NCBI GenBank assembly: GCA_942493105.1
Contig: OW818668.1
Span: 1,380,001-1,412,000 of the forward strand
DNA: 32,000 bases
Direction: 5' to 3'
DNA from: an uncultured Erysipelotrichaceae bacterium
Lineage (GTDB): Bacteria > Bacillota_I > Bacilli_A > Erysipelotrichales > Erysipelotrichaceae
In this document: piece by piece, positions 17,795 to 27,306 of the stretch
Numbering within the stretch: position 1 is the stretch's first letter
Layout of the letters: each line of letters begins with the position of its first letter
Program-made: the position numbers and the translations under genes
Notes under the pieces: model-generated
Seen by the model: only the letters and a program-made list of their open reading frames with translations
Told to the model about the DNA's origin: nothing
Databases searched by the model: none

Positions 17795-18631
17795 ATTCTG
17801 AATGTTCTTAAAGTGGAGTTTTGCCACTTTTTTTAATTCAGCTAACCCATGTTTTTCAAGAAAGATTTGGGCAAATTCATCCACTTGAGATGAAGCACCC
17901 TTAGGAAAAGTCGTGTCATATTTTTGTCCCATCGCATCCAACTCTTTTAAGAAAGCATATCGGGCAATGATCGATGCACAAGCCACCGCAAAATACTTTG
18001 ACTCTGCTTTTGTTTCAAAATGCAAATGTTGAAAGATTTGGGATTGATCTTTCAGATATTTGAAATACATCGCTTTAGGGGTAAACTGATCGACCACATT
18101 TAAAGTGCTGAACTTAGTAAGTGATTTTATTTTATGATCTAAATGCAGATAAGCCTGATTATGCAGTTTGGCTTTGATCGCATTCATATTGTCTGTTTTA
18201 TGAACATCATTGTACTTTTGATCATTGAGGATCAAAAGACTGTGTGGCAATGTTTTCATAAGGACGGGTCCTAATTCAAGGATCACTTCATCGGTTATCT
18301 TCTTGGAGTCTTGAATTGAAAAATCCTTGAGTTTCACATAATGTGCCTCATCGACAAAACAGGCTGCCACGACGACTGGTCCAAACACATCACCGGTTCC
18401 TACTTCATCAGAACCTGCTTGAGCATCAAACTTCTTATCAAAGACTTGGCTATAAAAAGCTGCGCCTTCACCTTGAAAAACAACTTTTTTACTGGTATAG
18501 ATCGTGATTGTACAGTCACTTAAAATCAGTTGAGCTTTCACATAAGGCAAAGACTTGGGATTGATCTGCTGAGGATAAGATTGGATGAGATCGTTGATTT
18601 GTTGATCGGTGAGAAGAAGTGACTTATTCAT
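17771..18631 (-). CDS. rnhC: Ribonuclease HIII
   Basis: 286 aa; an N-terminal domain, then GSDEVGTGDVFGPVVVAACFV (RNase HII/HIII DEDD core). Size and layout fit RNase HIII. Divergent from cvpA-mutS2 as in Bacillus. Confidence 0.9.
   Translation of the reverse strand: MNKSLLLTDQQINDLIQSYPQQINPKSLPYVKAQLILSDCTITIYTSKKVVFQGEGAAFYSQVFDKKFDAQAGSDEVGTGDVFGPVVVAACFVDEAHYVKLKDFSIQDSKKITDEVILELGPVLMKTLPHSLLILNDQKYNDVHKTDNMNAIKAKLHNQAYLHLDHKIKSLTKFSTLNVVDQFTPKAMYFKYLKDQSQIFQHLHFETKAESKYFAVACASIIARYAFLKELDAMGQKYDTTFPKGASSQVDEFAQIFLEKHGLAELKKVAKLHFKNIQNLLNVKQD
17810..17834 (+). terminator. Rho-independent terminator for the lspA-comEB operon, embedded in the 3' coding region of convergent rnhC
   Basis: AAAGTGG-agttttg-CCACTTT hairpin followed by TTTT(T). 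On the minus strand the hairpin is not followed by a T-run, so it is probably unidirectional. Confidence 0.55.
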
Positions 18632-18637
18632 ATCAAT

Positions 18638-18646
18638 AGTGTATCA
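18638..18646 (-). promoter_or_regulatory. Extended -10 element (TGaTACACT) 6 nt upstream of the rnhC ATG; leaderless candidate
   Basis: Minus strand reads TGATACACT-attgat-ATG (ATG = 18631..18629). No SD. Confidence 0.4.
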
Positions 18647-18708
18647 TACGATTGCGTTTGGTTTTGCGTTATACTATCATTAAGCCAAAGGGAAAGCAGA
18701 GGAGAACC

Positions 18709-19479
18709 ATGACACTACCTGTAAACATCTTCCAATATGTAAATGCTGCAATCTTGATTTTTGTTGCCTTGATGTTGATCTATGGTTACTTCAAAGGCTT
18801 CTTACTTCAAATCTTTAGTATCTTGCTTTTTATTGCGGTTGTTTTTGTCTCGTGGATGATCGCTCCTGTCTTGGCCAAAGCCTTGCCTTTGATGCAAACC
18901 AGTGAACAGTTTAATGTGATCCCTGTGATAGGACCGATCTTTCAAAACACCATCAATACCATATTCTGGTTTATCATCATCGTCTTTGGATTGATGATCT
19001 TAAGCTTTTTCTTTAAACCTGTTTTAAAAGGCATCGGTAAGATTCCTTTGGTTAAACAAGTCAATCGTTTATTAGGACTACTTTTAGGAGGCATCAAGGC
19101 CGTGGTGGTTTTGATCTTGGTAACCTTATTGATAGGTTCTGGTCTATTTACCAACGGAAAAGATTTGATTGAACAAAGTTTCTTAGGAAAGGTCAGTCCA
19201 GCTGCAGAGTGGACCATCGTATCCATCTCTTCACGATTTGATTCAACGGGTTTGGTTGCGAAAATCATGACTGCTCAAGAATTTTCTCAAGAAGATGTCA
19301 TTGTCTTGGATGCTTGGTTAACTTCTAAAAAGATTCCTGCAGATATCGTTCCAATCCTATCAAAACTGCTTCGTTTAAAACCGATAGATGCCTCTCAGAT
19401 GAGTACTTTACTTCAATGGATGAGAGATAATGGAATCTCTGAAGAAGATATTGATCACTTTATGGAAAGGTTTCAATGA
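18709..19479 (+). CDS. cvpA: CvpA family membrane protein
   Basis: GGAGAA SD (18701), then ATG at 18709. Four-TM N-terminal CvpA-like region (NIFQYVNAAILIFVALMLIYGYFKGF...). Conserved position upstream of mutS2. Confidence 0.7.
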   Translation: MTLPVNIFQYVNAAILIFVALMLIYGYFKGFLLQIFSILLFIAVVFVSWMIAPVLAKALPLMQTSEQFNVIPVIGPIFQNTINTIFWFIIIVFGLMILSFFFKPVLKGIGKIPLVKQVNRLLGLLLGGIKAVVVLILVTLLIGSGLFTNGKDLIEQSFLGKVSPAAEWTIVSISSRFDSTGLVAKIMTAQEFSQEDVIVLDAWLTSKKIPADIVPILSKLLRLKPIDASQMSTLLQWMRDNGISEEDIDHFMERFQ

Positions 19480-21782
19480 TCCCGCTTCAATCTTTAGAAT
19501 ATCAAAATGTCTTAGAAATCCTGGTGAATCTTGCCAGTTTTTCACTTTCAAAAGAAGTGATTTTAAACTTGAAACCTTTTGATAAAAAATTGGTGATCGA
19601 GCGAGAAAATGCCAGGACAGACGCTGCCATGCGTGTTGAGCGATTATATGGGATGTGTCCGATGTTTGGGATGAGTGACATTAGATTGGCCTTGGCTCAA
19701 GCAGAGCGAGATCAAATCTTATCGATTCCTGATCTTTTGGATATTGCGCGTTTTAATCGAGGCATTGCCTTGATTCAGAAGTTTTTTAAAGATGCTGTGT
19801 GTGAGAAAGAAGCATTATTGGATCTGGTTAATGGCCTAGAATCCTTTATCATCTTAGCTGAAAGCATAGAGCGTTGTTTTAATGGTGCCTATGAAGTGCT
19901 GGATTCAGCTTCACCTCAACTCAAAGACATACGTCGTCATTTACGTTTGACACAAACTAAACTACAGGATACAGCTGCTTCTTTTATCCAGAAACATGCC
20001 TCATCACTCAGTGAACCGATATCTATGGTCCGTAATGATCGGGTCGTTGTATTGGCAAAGAATTCTGAAAAAAATACTTTCAAAGGCATGATCCATGGGG
20101 AATCAGCTTCAGGTCAAAGTGCCTATGTTGAACCACCTGTCTTGGTTGAACTCAATAATAAACTAGCGGATCTGTTGATCCAACAAGATGAAGAAATCAA
20201 ACGAATCTGTTTTGAGTTGAGTCAAAAAATCAAGCCTTTAACTGAATCCATGGAGGCACATTTAGAAACAGCTTCTGTATTAGATGCCTTGTTTGCGAAA
20301 GCACGTTATGGGAATCAAACGCAAGGCGTGGTTGCATCATTAAGTCAGGATCTTTATTTAAAGTCTGCTCGACATCCTTTGATCGATCCAAAAGAAGTGG
20401 TAGCGAATACCTATCGCTTAGATCAAAAACAGCATGTTCTCCTTATTACTGGACCAAATACAGGCGGTAAAACCGTCTCTTTAAAAATCATCGGTTTATT
20501 TTGTTTGATGGCCTATAGCGGAATTCCTGTCTTGTGTGATGAAGCACGGATGCCTTTATTTAGTCAGATCTTTGTGGATATTGGGGATGATCAATCTATA
20601 GCCCATTCTTTATCGACCTTCTCGGCTCACTTATCGAAATTGACTCAGGTGACCAATCAAGCCGATGCGCATTCTTTGGTGCTTTTGGATGAATTGGGCG
20701 GAGGAACTGACCCCATTGAAGGGGAATGTTTGGCCATGGCTGTTTTAAATGATCTTCGTAAAGCAGAAGCTTGGACTGTTGCGACGACTCATTATGCCCG
20801 CTTAAAAGAATATGGCCTTCAACATGACGACATCATTGTAGCTTCCATGGCTTTTGATATGGAAACCATTGCCCCAACCTATCGTTTTATAGAAGGCCTT
20901 CCAGGCCAATCCTATGCCTTTGAGATTGCCAAACGCTTTGGACTGAAATCAAGTGTCATCGATGAAGCCATTGAATACAAAGCTCAAGCCAAGACCCAAC
21001 AAGCCATTCTGACTGAAAAGTTACAAGCTGCCATTGAAGAAAACCGTAAGATCCAAGAAGATTTGCTTGATAAAGAAAAAGCTCTGGAACTTACGTTATC
21101 TGAAGTCAAAGCCAAAGAAGATGAACTTGAGAAAACGCGTTTAGCACGTTTAAAAGAAGTTGAAGATGAAGCTCAGGATTATTTGAATCTGGTTCAAGAA
21201 GAAGCAGAAACGATCTTGTCGGATATGCGTGCTTCAAAAAGTGCACCGATTCATGAAAACATCAATCGTAAAAAAGAAATCGACAATTTAGTCAAAGAAA
21301 AGGTTGAAGAAACAACCTTAGATAAAGTCAAGGTCGGTCAATGGGTCAAGATCACCATCACCAATCAAGTGGGTCAAGTCGTTGCGACCCGCAAACAAAT
21401 GGCGACTGTATCGGTTAATGGGGTCAAACTTGAAGTTCCTTTAAGTAAACTCGCTTTTGCGCAAACCCCCATTCCAGTTAAAAATGTACACATCACTTCT
21501 GAACGTTTGGCTTCAGTGCCTTTAGAATACAATGTGATCGGTTTGACCGTTGAAGAAGCTTTGGGTGAAATTGATCATTATCTGGATGATTGTGTAAGGG
21601 CCAGAATGCCTTTTGCGCGTTTGATCCATGGCCATGGGACCGGTGCTTTGCGTTCTGCCATCCATACCATGCTGAAGTCCCATCATTTCGTTGAATCCTA
21701 TCGCTTAGGTCAACAAAGCGAAGGCGGTGTAGGGGCAACCGTTGTTTATTTCAAAGGACCTAAAAATGAATCTCAAAGATAA
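19476..21782 (+). CDS. mutS2: Endonuclease MutS2 (MutS domain + C-terminal Smr domain)
   Basis: 768 aa; Walker A GPNTGGKTV, LLDELGGGTDP, a long coiled-coil, and a C-terminal Smr (LIHGHGTGALRSAI). Confidence 0.95.
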   Translation: MIPLQSLEYQNVLEILVNLASFSLSKEVILNLKPFDKKLVIERENARTDAAMRVERLYGMCPMFGMSDIRLALAQAERDQILSIPDLLDIARFNRGIALIQKFFKDAVCEKEALLDLVNGLESFIILAESIERCFNGAYEVLDSASPQLKDIRRHLRLTQTKLQDTAASFIQKHASSLSEPISMVRNDRVVVLAKNSEKNTFKGMIHGESASGQSAYVEPPVLVELNNKLADLLIQQDEEIKRICFELSQKIKPLTESMEAHLETASVLDALFAKARYGNQTQGVVASLSQDLYLKSARHPLIDPKEVVANTYRLDQKQHVLLITGPNTGGKTVSLKIIGLFCLMAYSGIPVLCDEARMPLFSQIFVDIGDDQSIAHSLSTFSAHLSKLTQVTNQADAHSLVLLDELGGGTDPIEGECLAMAVLNDLRKAEAWTVATTHYARLKEYGLQHDDIIVASMAFDMETIAPTYRFIEGLPGQSYAFEIAKRFGLKSSVIDEAIEYKAQAKTQQAILTEKLQAAIEENRKIQEDLLDKEKALELTLSEVKAKEDELEKTRLARLKEVEDEAQDYLNLVQEEAETILSDMRASKSAPIHENINRKKEIDNLVKEKVEETTLDKVKVGQWVKITITNQVGQVVATRKQMATVSVNGVKLEVPLSKLAFAQTPIPVKNVHITSERLASVPLEYNVIGLTVEEALGEIDHYLDDCVRARMPFARLIHGHGTGALRSAIHTMLKSHHFVESYRLGQQSEGGVGATVVYFKGPKNESQR

Positions 21783-23514
21783 ACTGAATACTTTACCTTT
21801 AGATCCAGGCGTCTATATCATGAAGGATCTTAAAGGGACCATCATCTATGTCGGTAAAGCCAAGAAATTAAAAAGTAGGATCAATCAATATTTTGTGGGA
21901 GCTCATGATTATAAGACCACAAAATTGGTTTCACGTGTCGCAGATTTCGATTATATCGTGACGCGTACTGAAAAAGAAGCCCTGATTTTAGAAATCAATC
22001 TCATCAAGCAACATCGTCCACGCTTCAACATCATGTTTATGGATGATAAGTCTTACCCTTATCTAAAAATCACCCAAGAACCTTATCCAAGGCTCAGGGT
22101 CGTCCGTGATCTTAAAAAAGATAAGAAGGCTACGTATTTTGGACCTTATCCTGATGCGACTGCAGCCCATCAAATGCGAAAACTGTTGAATGATTTGTAT
22201 CCGTTAAGACAATGCGAAATCATGCCAAAGAAAGTATGTCTGTATTATCACTTAGGTCAATGTTTAGGACCATGTCAATTCAACATCGATCCTGAGATCT
22301 ATAAGACCATGGTGGCCGAAATCACAGATGCTTTAAGAGGCAATAATAAAGTTCTGAAAAACAAATTGTTGGCTGAAATGAATGCGGCGACTGAACAACA
22401 ACGTTATGAGAAAGCTGCCCAATATCGGGACTATCTCAAGTTTTTAGACTATGTCAAAGATCCGCAAAATGTCACCAAAGATGATCAAAGGGATACGGAT
22501 GCCTTTGCCTATTACGAAGACAAAGGATACATCGCAATCCAAGGTTTGCTTTTAAGACAAGGTAAGATCTTGGATCGAAAATTTGTTCTTCAAGAACTTC
22601 ACCAAGAAGCGCAAGAGGCTTTCATTGAATTCATTCTGCAGTATTATAGTGAACAACCCAAACCTTCGATTTTATTGTTGCCTTTTGGAGTCGATATCAG
22701 TTGGTTGAATGAAATGGATGAATATAAGATTCATCAGCCACAAAAGGGCAAACAAAAATCCCTTATGAACATCGTAACAGCCAATGCGAAACAACATCTT
22801 GAACAAAACATCGAATTGATGGCCAGAAAACATGCGGATCATGAAGGGGCATTGATTCAATTGGCCCAATTGCTAAAGCTAGAGGATGTTGAACGTATTG
22901 AGCTTTATGACAATTCGCACATTTCCGGAACTTATGCATCTGGAGCTTGTGTGGTCTATGAACACGGCTTGCCTTCAAAAAAGGATTATCGATTGTATGA
23001 TGTTCATTCTCAAGCGGATGATCTTAAAAATATGGAAGAAGTCATCTATCGCCGATATTATCGAATCATCAAAGAAAAGGGAAGACTGCCTTCCTTGATT
23101 TTGGTCGATGGCGGTCACCTTCAGATCAGTGCAGTTAAAAAGACCCTTTTAAGCATCAATATCAATGTGCCTGTTGCGGGTTTACGCAAGAATGATAAAC
23201 ATGCGACTGCTGAACTCTTGGATGAAAATGGGGAAACCATCGATCTTAGGGAACACAAAGCTTTGTTTTTCTTATTGACCCGTATGCAAGATGAAGTTCA
23301 TCGTTTTGTCATCACCCATCACAAAAAAAGGCGTGCTAAAGGTCAAGTCGCTTCCATTCTTGATGATGTAGAAGGTTTAGGACCTGTTCGATTAAAACAA
23401 TTACTGAAGACCTATAAGAATGTCAACGCATTGAAAGAAGTCTCGCTGGAAGATCTCGAAAAAGTCTTACCAAAAAAGGTTGCTTTAGCGCTTTTTGAAG
23501 TGCTCAAACAATGA
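21766..23514 (+). CDS. uvrC: Excinuclease ABC subunit C
   Basis: In-frame ATG at 21766 gives MNLKDKLNTLPLDPGVYIMKD...IYVGKAKKLKSRINQYF (GIY-YIG), a UVR domain (QRYEKAAQYRD), an endonuclease V-like domain and C-terminal HhH. Overlaps the mutS2 end by 17 nt. Confidence 0.95.
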   Translation: MNLKDKLNTLPLDPGVYIMKDLKGTIIYVGKAKKLKSRINQYFVGAHDYKTTKLVSRVADFDYIVTRTEKEALILEINLIKQHRPRFNIMFMDDKSYPYLKITQEPYPRLRVVRDLKKDKKATYFGPYPDATAAHQMRKLLNDLYPLRQCEIMPKKVCLYYHLGQCLGPCQFNIDPEIYKTMVAEITDALRGNNKVLKNKLLAEMNAATEQQRYEKAAQYRDYLKFLDYVKDPQNVTKDDQRDTDAFAYYEDKGYIAIQGLLLRQGKILDRKFVLQELHQEAQEAFIEFILQYYSEQPKPSILLLPFGVDISWLNEMDEYKIHQPQKGKQKSLMNIVTANAKQHLEQNIELMARKHADHEGALIQLAQLLKLEDVERIELYDNSHISGTYASGACVVYEHGLPSKKDYRLYDVHSQADDLKNMEEVIYRRYYRIIKEKGRLPSLILVDGGHLQISAVKKTLLSININVPVAGLRKNDKHATAELLDENGETIDLREHKALFFLLTRMQDEVHRFVITHHKKRRAKGQVASILDDVEGLGPVRLKQLLKTYKNVNALKEVSLEDLEKVLPKKVALALFEVLKQ

Positions 23515-23542
23515 GCCGTGGTATAATGATGAGGGTAAAAAT

Positions 23543-24307
23543 ATGACCATAGGAATATTAGATTCAGGCCTAGGAGGCTACAGTGTTTATCATGCTTTAA
23601 GAGCTGCTTATCCAGAAGCCTCTTTTCTTTTTCTGGCAGATCAACTCAATGCACCTTATGGAGATAAATCAAAAGATGAGATCTTTAAGATCGTTCAAGA
23701 AGCTTTAGCTTGGTTTGAAGAGCAAAACGTCACAGAGATATTAGTGGCGTGTAATACGATCAGTTCTTTGGTTTTAACCGAAATCATCCCACTTTATCCT
23801 CACTTAAAAATCACAGGGATCATTGATTTGACCGTTGCACAATTTAAAGACAAGGATTTTAAAAACATCCTGGTCGTTGCGACCAAGGCTACGATCAATG
23901 CCCATGCGTATCAAAAAGAATTTTTGAAAACTAATTCTGATGTTTCGGTTATTGAGAAAGCATTACCACAACTCGTTGTGTTACTGGAAGGTTTAGCGCC
24001 ACTTAAAGATATTGAAGTATATCTTAAGGAAACATTGGCTCAATATCAAAATAAAGTGGATGCGGTCATTTTGGCTTGCACACATTATCCATTGGTCAAA
24101 TCAACCTTTGAGCATTTGCTGAATACTCCAGTTTTTGATTCTCAAGATCCCATCATCAACTTATTTTCTCAAAGAAAATTAAATGTTGGACCTAGTCGTG
24201 TATTAACCACAAAAGATCCATTTTATATGGCTAAGCAAATCAAAGTTTTGTTTGATGCGGATATTCATGTTGATTTAGCTCAGGTAAAAAAATGCAAATC
24301 GTTGTAA
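23543..24307 (+). CDS. murI: Glutamate racemase
   Basis: GAGGG SD, then ATG at 23543. MTIGILDSGLGGYSV, catalytic Cys motifs VACNTIS and LACTHYP. Confidence 0.9.
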   Translation: MTIGILDSGLGGYSVYHALRAAYPEASFLFLADQLNAPYGDKSKDEIFKIVQEALAWFEEQNVTEILVACNTISSLVLTEIIPLYPHLKITGIIDLTVAQFKDKDFKNILVVATKATINAHAYQKEFLKTNSDVSVIEKALPQLVVLLEGLAPLKDIEVYLKETLAQYQNKVDAVILACTHYPLVKSTFEHLLNTPVFDSQDPIINLFSQRKLNVGPSRVLTTKDPFYMAKQIKVLFDADIHVDLAQVKKCKSL

Positions 24308-24768
24308 TCAGTGATACGCATGGTCGAAATGAAGTCTTTCAGGAGCTCAGGGAACGTCACCCACAAGCTTCTGCTTTTTTACATTGTGGTGATTCTGAGA
24401 CTTCAGAATCTTATTTAGATGGCTATGTCAGTGTTCAAGGCAACAATGATTATTATGCGGATTATCCTTATGAGGTTATTTTAGATTTAGAGGGTGTCCG
24501 TTGTTTCATGACCCATGGGCAATTTTTACGATATCACAATCGTTATGAGATCTTGGTAAGTAAAGCCAAGGAACATGAATGCACTTTGGTGCTTCATGGT
24601 CACACCCATATCTTTGATGTCCGAATCATCGATGGGATCACGATCGTCAATCCCGGATCACTTTATCATTCACGAGATATGAGTCCACCTAGCTATGCCT
24701 TGATCACCATCAGTAATGGGGTCATTGACGTACAACGAATCAACTATCCCAAAACGAACCGTAAGTAA
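24292..24768 (+). CDS. YfcE/MJ0936-type metallophosphoesterase
   Basis: 158 aa; MQIVVISDTHG, HCGD, GNND and HGHTH metal-binding motifs. Confidence 0.8.
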   Translation: MQIVVISDTHGRNEVFQELRERHPQASAFLHCGDSETSESYLDGYVSVQGNNDYYADYPYEVILDLEGVRCFMTHGQFLRYHNRYEILVSKAKEHECTLVLHGHTHIFDVRIIDGITIVNPGSLYHSRDMSPPSYALITISNGVIDVQRINYPKTNRK

Positions 24769-24772
24769 TGTA

Positions 24773-24801
24773 TTGAAAGGCGTAGGGTAGTTTGGTATAA
24801 T
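24773..24801 (+). promoter_or_regulatory. Sigma-70/SigA-type promoter for tRNA-Arg
   Basis: TTGAAA (24773..24778), 17 nt, then TATAAT (24796..24801) with TGg immediately upstream (extended -10). The tRNA starts 12 nt downstream. Confidence 0.7.
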
Positions 24802-24812
24802 GTTCAAGCATT

Positions 24813-24889
24813 GTCCTCATAGCTCAGCTGGATAGAGCATGCGCCTTCTAAGCGCACGGTCGGGGGTTCGAGTCCCTCTGAGGACGCCA
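24813..24889 (+). tRNA. tRNA-Arg (anticodon UCU), CCA encoded
   Basis: Manual cloverleaf: acceptor GTCCTCA/TGAGGAC; D arm GCTC-agctggata-GAGC; anticodon arm TGCGC-ctTCTaa-GCGCA; variable cggtc; T arm GGGGG-ttcgagt-CCCTC; discriminator G plus CCA. 77 nt. Confidence 0.9.
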
Positions 24890-24901
24890 TTAATGATTAA
24901 G

Positions 24902-24928
24902 CCCTTTATTTCTAAAGGGTTTTCTTTT
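24902..24928 (+). terminator. Rho-independent terminator after tRNA-Arg
   Basis: CCCTTTA-tttc-TAAAGGG hairpin followed by TTTTCTTTT. Confidence 0.7.
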
Positions 24929-25159
24929 GATCACATTTCAAAGTGTAGCAAAAGCGTAGTGATTTCTAATAAAACTATCTTTTTATCTAGAAGAGATACT
25001 GCCCAAACGAGTCAGTTATGTAATATAATATTCTTATCAAAGTAGTTCAAAACAGTTTATTTATGACTTTATCTGATGCAGATCATCGCATCAAGAAAAC
25101 ATGTTTAAGCAAATAGAATCAACCTTATTCATGAAAGGAAATGTTTGAGAAAGGAAACC

Positions 25160-26251
25160 ATGACCGAAAAAAAGATTACGATGTATGACTACATTTTAGA
25201 GGAGCAGTCTGTCTTACTTAAAATCATAGAAAATCGTAAAACCATTGTGAAAGAAGTTGTGAGTTTTTTCAATTCTAATCCAGTAAATGAAATCATTATT
25301 TGTGGATCCGGGACTTCCTATCATGCTGGTTTAGCAACAAGAAAATTATTCGAGGATTTACTTGGGATTCGCATACGTGCTGAATTCCCCATGATTTTCA
25401 AAAATCAACAGAAAATTTATCAACCCAATACTTTATTTATAGCCATTTCCCAAGGCGGACAAAGCACTTCAACGATCCAAGCTTTAGCGAAAGCAAAAGA
25501 AAGCGCTTGTTCAACTGTGGGCATTAGTGAGAATCCAAATGCTGAAATACTTAAGAATTCTGATATGAAGATTTTGATGGAAATTGGACCTGAATTGAGC
25601 ATTGCCAAGACAAAAGGGTATGTGGCCACGATTTGTATTCTACATATGATTGGTTTAGAAGTTGCTTTGAGTCTACATAAGATCAGCGAAGAAGAATATA
25701 CAGCATATATCAATGACTATATAAAAACCGTTAATAATTTCGATAAGATCATTCAATTTGGCACAGCGTGGGTCAAAAAGAACACTCAGTCTCTAATCGA
25801 AAGTAAAAACATCTTAGTACTTGGTTATTCCAATCACTTCTCAACGGCGCTTGAAGGGGCTTTAAAAATGCTCGAGACGATGCGCTTTGGAATCTATGCG
25901 TATGAACTTGAAGAATTCTGTCATGGCATATCTAATGCCATTAGTAAGGATACTAGTGTCATCTTTATCGCACCTTTTGGCGATGAACAAGCCAAGGCTT
26001 TGCGTGTCAAAACTGCACTTGAGAGCAGAACATGCAAGTTGCATTTTATTGTCAGTCCAAATGTAAACATGGATGTCAGCGATTTAGACTGTGTGGTTCC
26101 ATTTATCAATCATAAATACTTTGATGTTTTAGAATACATCATCCCACTTCAAATCGCTGCTTCAATACTCCCATATCATCTGGGTATTGATCCATTCTAT
26201 GCAGCAGATCCGGGTTTCCATAAAATTGTTGGAAGCAAGGGCGTTCGTTAA
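25160..26251 (+). CDS. Double SIS-domain sugar-phosphate isomerase/aminotransferase-like protein (GlmS C-terminal / AgaS / FrlB type)
   Basis: AAAGGAAACC, then ATG at 25160. IIICGSGTSYHAG ... AISQGGQSTSTI (first SIS) and a second SIS-like half (VLGYSNHFSTALEGALKMLE). No glutaminase domain, so this is not GlmS itself. Confidence 0.75.
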   Translation: MTEKKITMYDYILEEQSVLLKIIENRKTIVKEVVSFFNSNPVNEIIICGSGTSYHAGLATRKLFEDLLGIRIRAEFPMIFKNQQKIYQPNTLFIAISQGGQSTSTIQALAKAKESACSTVGISENPNAEILKNSDMKILMEIGPELSIAKTKGYVATICILHMIGLEVALSLHKISEEEYTAYINDYIKTVNNFDKIIQFGTAWVKKNTQSLIESKNILVLGYSNHFSTALEGALKMLETMRFGIYAYELEEFCHGISNAISKDTSVIFIAPFGDEQAKALRVKTALESRTCKLHFIVSPNVNMDVSDLDCVVPFINHKYFDVLEYIIPLQIAASILPYHLGIDPFYAADPGFHKIVGSKGVR

Positions 26252-26352
26252 TCGTTCATTTTACATAATCAATAAAGTTTAGATCATCCGATTATTGTTT
26301 TAAATAAAGACGCCTTTTTTAGCGTGCTAAATCTGATGATAACCAAATTAGA

Positions 26353-26382
26353 TTGACAATTCGCTCACAAATCAACTAATAT
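26353..26382 (+). promoter_or_regulatory. Promoter of the ABC-2 operon: TTGACA-18 nt-TAATAT, -10 ends 6 nt before the ATG (leaderless candidate)
   Basis: TTGACA at 26353..26358, TAATAT at 26377..26382 (overlapping TATAAT at 26380..26385), ATG at 26389. No SD. Confidence 0.55.
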
Positions 26383-26388
26383 AATTCT

Positions 26389-27306
26389 ATGAAATCCATC
26401 ATTACCATCCATCATTTATCCAAAGCTTATGGGTCGATCCAAGCAGTCAAAGACATCTCTTTAGATGTGTATGAAGGCGAACTGTTTGCCTTTTTAGGTC
26501 CCAATGGGGCTGGAAAATCGACCACGATCAATGTATTGTGTACCTTATTGAGTGCCGATCAAGGAGAAATATCGATCAATGGCCATGAGTTAAGCAAAGA
26601 AGACGATAAGATCAGAAAAGACATTGGGGTCGTTTTTCAAAAATCATTTCTTGATAATCTATTGACAGTTCATGAAAATTTAACAACACGAGCTTCTTTC
26701 TATGGTTTATCCAAAGATGTCACCAAGAAACGCATCGATGACTTGACGAAGCAGTTGTCTTTGGGTGAGTTCATCCATCGTCCTTACGGTAAACTATCGG
26801 GAGGACAACGCAGAAGGGCTGAGATCGCACGTGCTTTGGTGAATCATCCTCGGATCTTGTTTTTGGATGAACCAACCACAGGTTTGGATCCTCAAACACG
26901 GCATAGTATCTGGACGTATATCGATGAATTAAGACACAAACATAAGATGACCATTTTCTTGACGACACACTATATGGAAGAAGCAGCGCATTGTGATCGA
27001 GTCTGCATCATTGATCATGGTCAAATCTTGGAACTTAATACCCCAACTGAACTCAAAGTCAAATATGCCCCGACTTTACTGAGGATCAAATCTAAAAATG
27101 ATTTGAATCCAAACCTAAAAGTCTTTGGTTTTCCATATACTCAAACAGCAGATGGCTATGAATTGGTCATTCCCAGTTCTAAAGCAGCTTTACCTTGTTT
27201 AGATGCGTTGAAGGATCATTATGATCACTTTGAGGTCTTAGAAGGCACTATGGATACTGTCTTTTTAGCCTTGACTGGAAAAGTCATTCGTGAGGATAAT
27301 GTATGA
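26389..27306 (+). CDS. ABC transporter ATP-binding protein (ABC-2/DrrA-like subfamily)
   Basis: Walker A GPNGAGKST, signature LSGGQRRR, Walker B ILFLDEPTTGLD, H-loop TTHYMEE. C-terminal accessory domain. Confidence 0.9.
   Translation: MKSIITIHHLSKAYGSIQAVKDISLDVYEGELFAFLGPNGAGKSTTINVLCTLLSADQGEISINGHELSKEDDKIRKDIGVVFQKSFLDNLLTVHENLTTRASFYGLSKDVTKKRIDDLTKQLSLGEFIHRPYGKLSGGQRRRAEIARALVNHPRILFLDEPTTGLDPQTRHSIWTYIDELRHKHKMTIFLTTHYMEEAAHCDRVCIIDHGQILELNTPTELKVKYAPTLLRIKSKNDLNPNLKVFGFPYTQTADGYELVIPSSKAALPCLDALKDHYDHFEVLEGTMDTVFLALTGKVIREDNV

Noticed and set aside
24839-25045. 68-aa ORF on the plus strand
   Set aside because: It starts inside the tRNA-Arg gene and runs through its terminator and an AT-rich spacer. 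It has no SD and low-complexity sequence, so it is an artefact.
24930-25159. Possible glmS ribozyme or other riboswitch upstream of the GlmS-like SIS gene
   Set aside because: The spacer is AT-rich and lacks the GC-rich conserved core I associate with the glmS ribozyme (for example the AGCGCC...GACGAGG-type segments). The gene also lacks the glutaminase domain of GlmS. Only an Rfam scan could fully exclude a small element.
26252-26352. Terminator after the SIS gene
   Set aside because: Only a 4-bp ACGC/GCGT stem around a T-run is present, with no following T-tract. This is not convincing enough to annotate, so transcription may read into the ABC-2 promoter region.
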